Of a stretch of 64,000 bases of DNA, positions 62,552 through 64,000 are shown one piece after another. Every line of letters begins with the position of its first letter. The first letter of the stretch is position 1. A program made the translations under genes and the position numbers. Origin of the DNA: Desulfobacterales bacterium (GTDB taxonomy: Bacteria; Desulfobacterota; Desulfobacteria; Desulfobacterales; UBA5852); assembly GCA_963674755.2 (NCBI GenBank), contig CAXXVS010000002.1, forward strand, positions 512,001 to 576,000. The letters run 5' to 3'. The notes below the pieces were generated by a model. The model was not told the origin of the DNA. It saw nothing but the letters and a program-made list of their open reading frames with translations, and ran no database searches.

Positions 62552-63767
62552 TTCGCCCCTGAAGGCGTTTGTTGCGGAAGGCGCGTACAAGCATCCCCAG
62601 GGTCCGGACGGCCGACCGGATTTCTTCCGGCGTGGGCATGGTAAAATTGAGACGCATCGTGTTCAGGCCGGCGCCGGCCTCCGTAAAAAAGAAATACCCC
62701 GGCACGTAGGCCACCTGCTGCCGGATCGCTTCTGGATAGACGGTGGCCAGATCGATGCCGGCCGGCCCTTCAACCCACACGAACATACCGCCTTGCGGTC
62801 GTGACCAACGAAATTCCGGCGGCATAAAGTCGGCCAGGGCTTCCAGCATGGCGCTTTGACGGGGTCGGTAGAGCGCCAGGATATGGGGTAGGTGGTCGTG
62901 CAAATGCCCGCCCAGCAGGTATTCGGCCGCCAGGGCCTGATCAAAGGTGCTGGTGTGCAGATCGACCCCTTGTTTGGCAAGCACCAGCCAACTGCGGACA
63001 GGTTCCGGGGCGATGCAATAGCCGATACGCAACCCAGGGGCAAACACCTTTGAAAGGGTTCCCACATAAATCACGCGGTCGGGAATCAATGATTTGATCG
63101 GCGCGACCGCTTGGCCTTCGTAGCGGAGATCGCTGTAAGGATCGTCTTCGATTAAATAGGTGTTGTGTGCTTCGAGCAGGTCGGCGATGGCCTGACGGCG
63201 CGCCGGAGAAAGGGTGCGGCCGGACGGATTTTGAAAGGTCGGCACCAGATAGACGAATTTGACGGGTTGGCGCATCAGCATCTCGTCCAGCGCCTCCGGG
63301 ATGACGCCCTCGCCATCACAGGGAATGGCCGCGTAGCGCGGTTCATAGGGGGTAAAGGCCTGGAGGGCCCCCAGATAGGTTGGCGATTCCACGGCCAGCA
63401 GATCCCCGGGCGAGATCAAGATCTTGCCCAGGGCGTCAAGCGCACCCTGGGATCCACTTGTAATCAGAATATGGTCGGGGGCGACGTGAATAGAACGGTG
63501 CATCAGATGGGGCGCCAGGGCCTCCCGCAATGGGGTAAAACCCTCGGTCAGATCGTACTGGAAGGCGCGATGGGCGTACTTCTGGATGACGTCCCGGCTC
63601 AGACGGTGCATCAGCTCCAACGGGAAGCTTTCCGGTGCCGGAACCCCGCCGGCGAGCGAAATGACGTCCGGTTGGGAGGCGACCTTGAGAATTTCCCGAA
63701 TGGCGCTGCGTGACATGTGGCGGGTACGCCGGGCGAGTCCTTGAGCGAGTCTTTGGTCAGATGGCAT
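62505..63767 (-). CDS. PLP-dependent aminotransferase class I/II (LysN/MocR-type)
   Basis: SLAGGVP, GSQGALD, FQNPSG, EDDPY, TLSKVFAPGLRIG; 3' end overlaps tolC. Confidence 0.94.
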   Translation of the reverse strand: MPSDQRLAQGLARRTRHMSRSAIREILKVASQPDVISLAGGVPAPESFPLELMHRLSRDVIQKYAHRAFQYDLTEGFTPLREALAPHLMHRSIHVAPDHILITSGSQGALDALGKILISPGDLLAVESPTYLGALQAFTPYEPRYAAIPCDGEGVIPEALDEMLMRQPVKFVYLVPTFQNPSGRTLSPARRQAIADLLEAHNTYLIEDDPYSDLRYEGQAVAPIKSLIPDRVIYVGTLSKVFAPGLRIGYCIAPEPVRSWLVLAKQGVDLHTSTFDQALAAEYLLGGHLHDHLPHILALYRPRQSAMLEALADFMPPEFRWSRPQGGMFVWVEGPAGIDLATVYPEAIRQQVAYVPGYFFFTEAGAGLNTMRLNFTMPTPEEIRSAVRTLGMLVRAFRNKRLQGRIKGSRRAAKCVPCWP

Positions 63768-64000
63768 TGTATCGTCCCTTTATAAAAAGACCGGTTGGTA
63801 TATTATGAGGGGGCGTTTTCATGGCGTTCGCCCATAAGCCCCTTGCCTAAGACGTTCTCAGCTGATGGATATAAAGTCGGATTTGTCCGGCTGTGCGCTG
63901 CAGGACCATTTTATCGCGGCTGGCGACATAAAGGGTCGCCGCTCCATTGAGGGCAATGACAAGAAAATTGGCCACTTCTTTGAAGTCGAGCCCTGGCTGC

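Overview
A GC-rich bacterial chromosomal window whose gene content (ORP metal-cluster operon, rubredoxin, sigma54 enhancer-binding protein, DUF3786, PEP-synthase-like dikinase) suggests a sulfate-reducing Desulfobacterales-type organism; this assignment is inference. Most genes are housekeeping or stress genes: glgP, katG, arfB, fused hisHF, ada/ogt, truC, msrA, two PpiC foldases, two orphan TolC, OsmC, aroF. Four features are not explained by the ORF track. (1) An AT-rich, integrase-less integron cassette array at 4397-6412 with a Pc-like promoter, an attI-like site, four attC sites and four small genes. (2) A hidden 103-aa selenoprotein at 26086-26397 (-), with an in-frame TGA in a GGUC motif and a SECIS-like hairpin, directly upstream of the ORP operon. 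(3) A WFWWRF leader peptide and terminator forming a probable attenuator before the DAHP synthase gene. (4) Several clear operators, sigma54 promoters and UAS repeats. Candidate uncharacterised systems are a FeeM/LuxI-like acyltransferase fused to cNMP/Crp domains paired with a ThiF-nitroreductase fusion (45715-48973); a USP / metallophosphoesterase / ParB-Lrp / DHH-CPBP cluster (27589-32364); a divergent GalT/HIT-like protein; and a dikinase fused to a lectin-like domain. No rRNA, tRNA, CRISPR array or transposase was seen.
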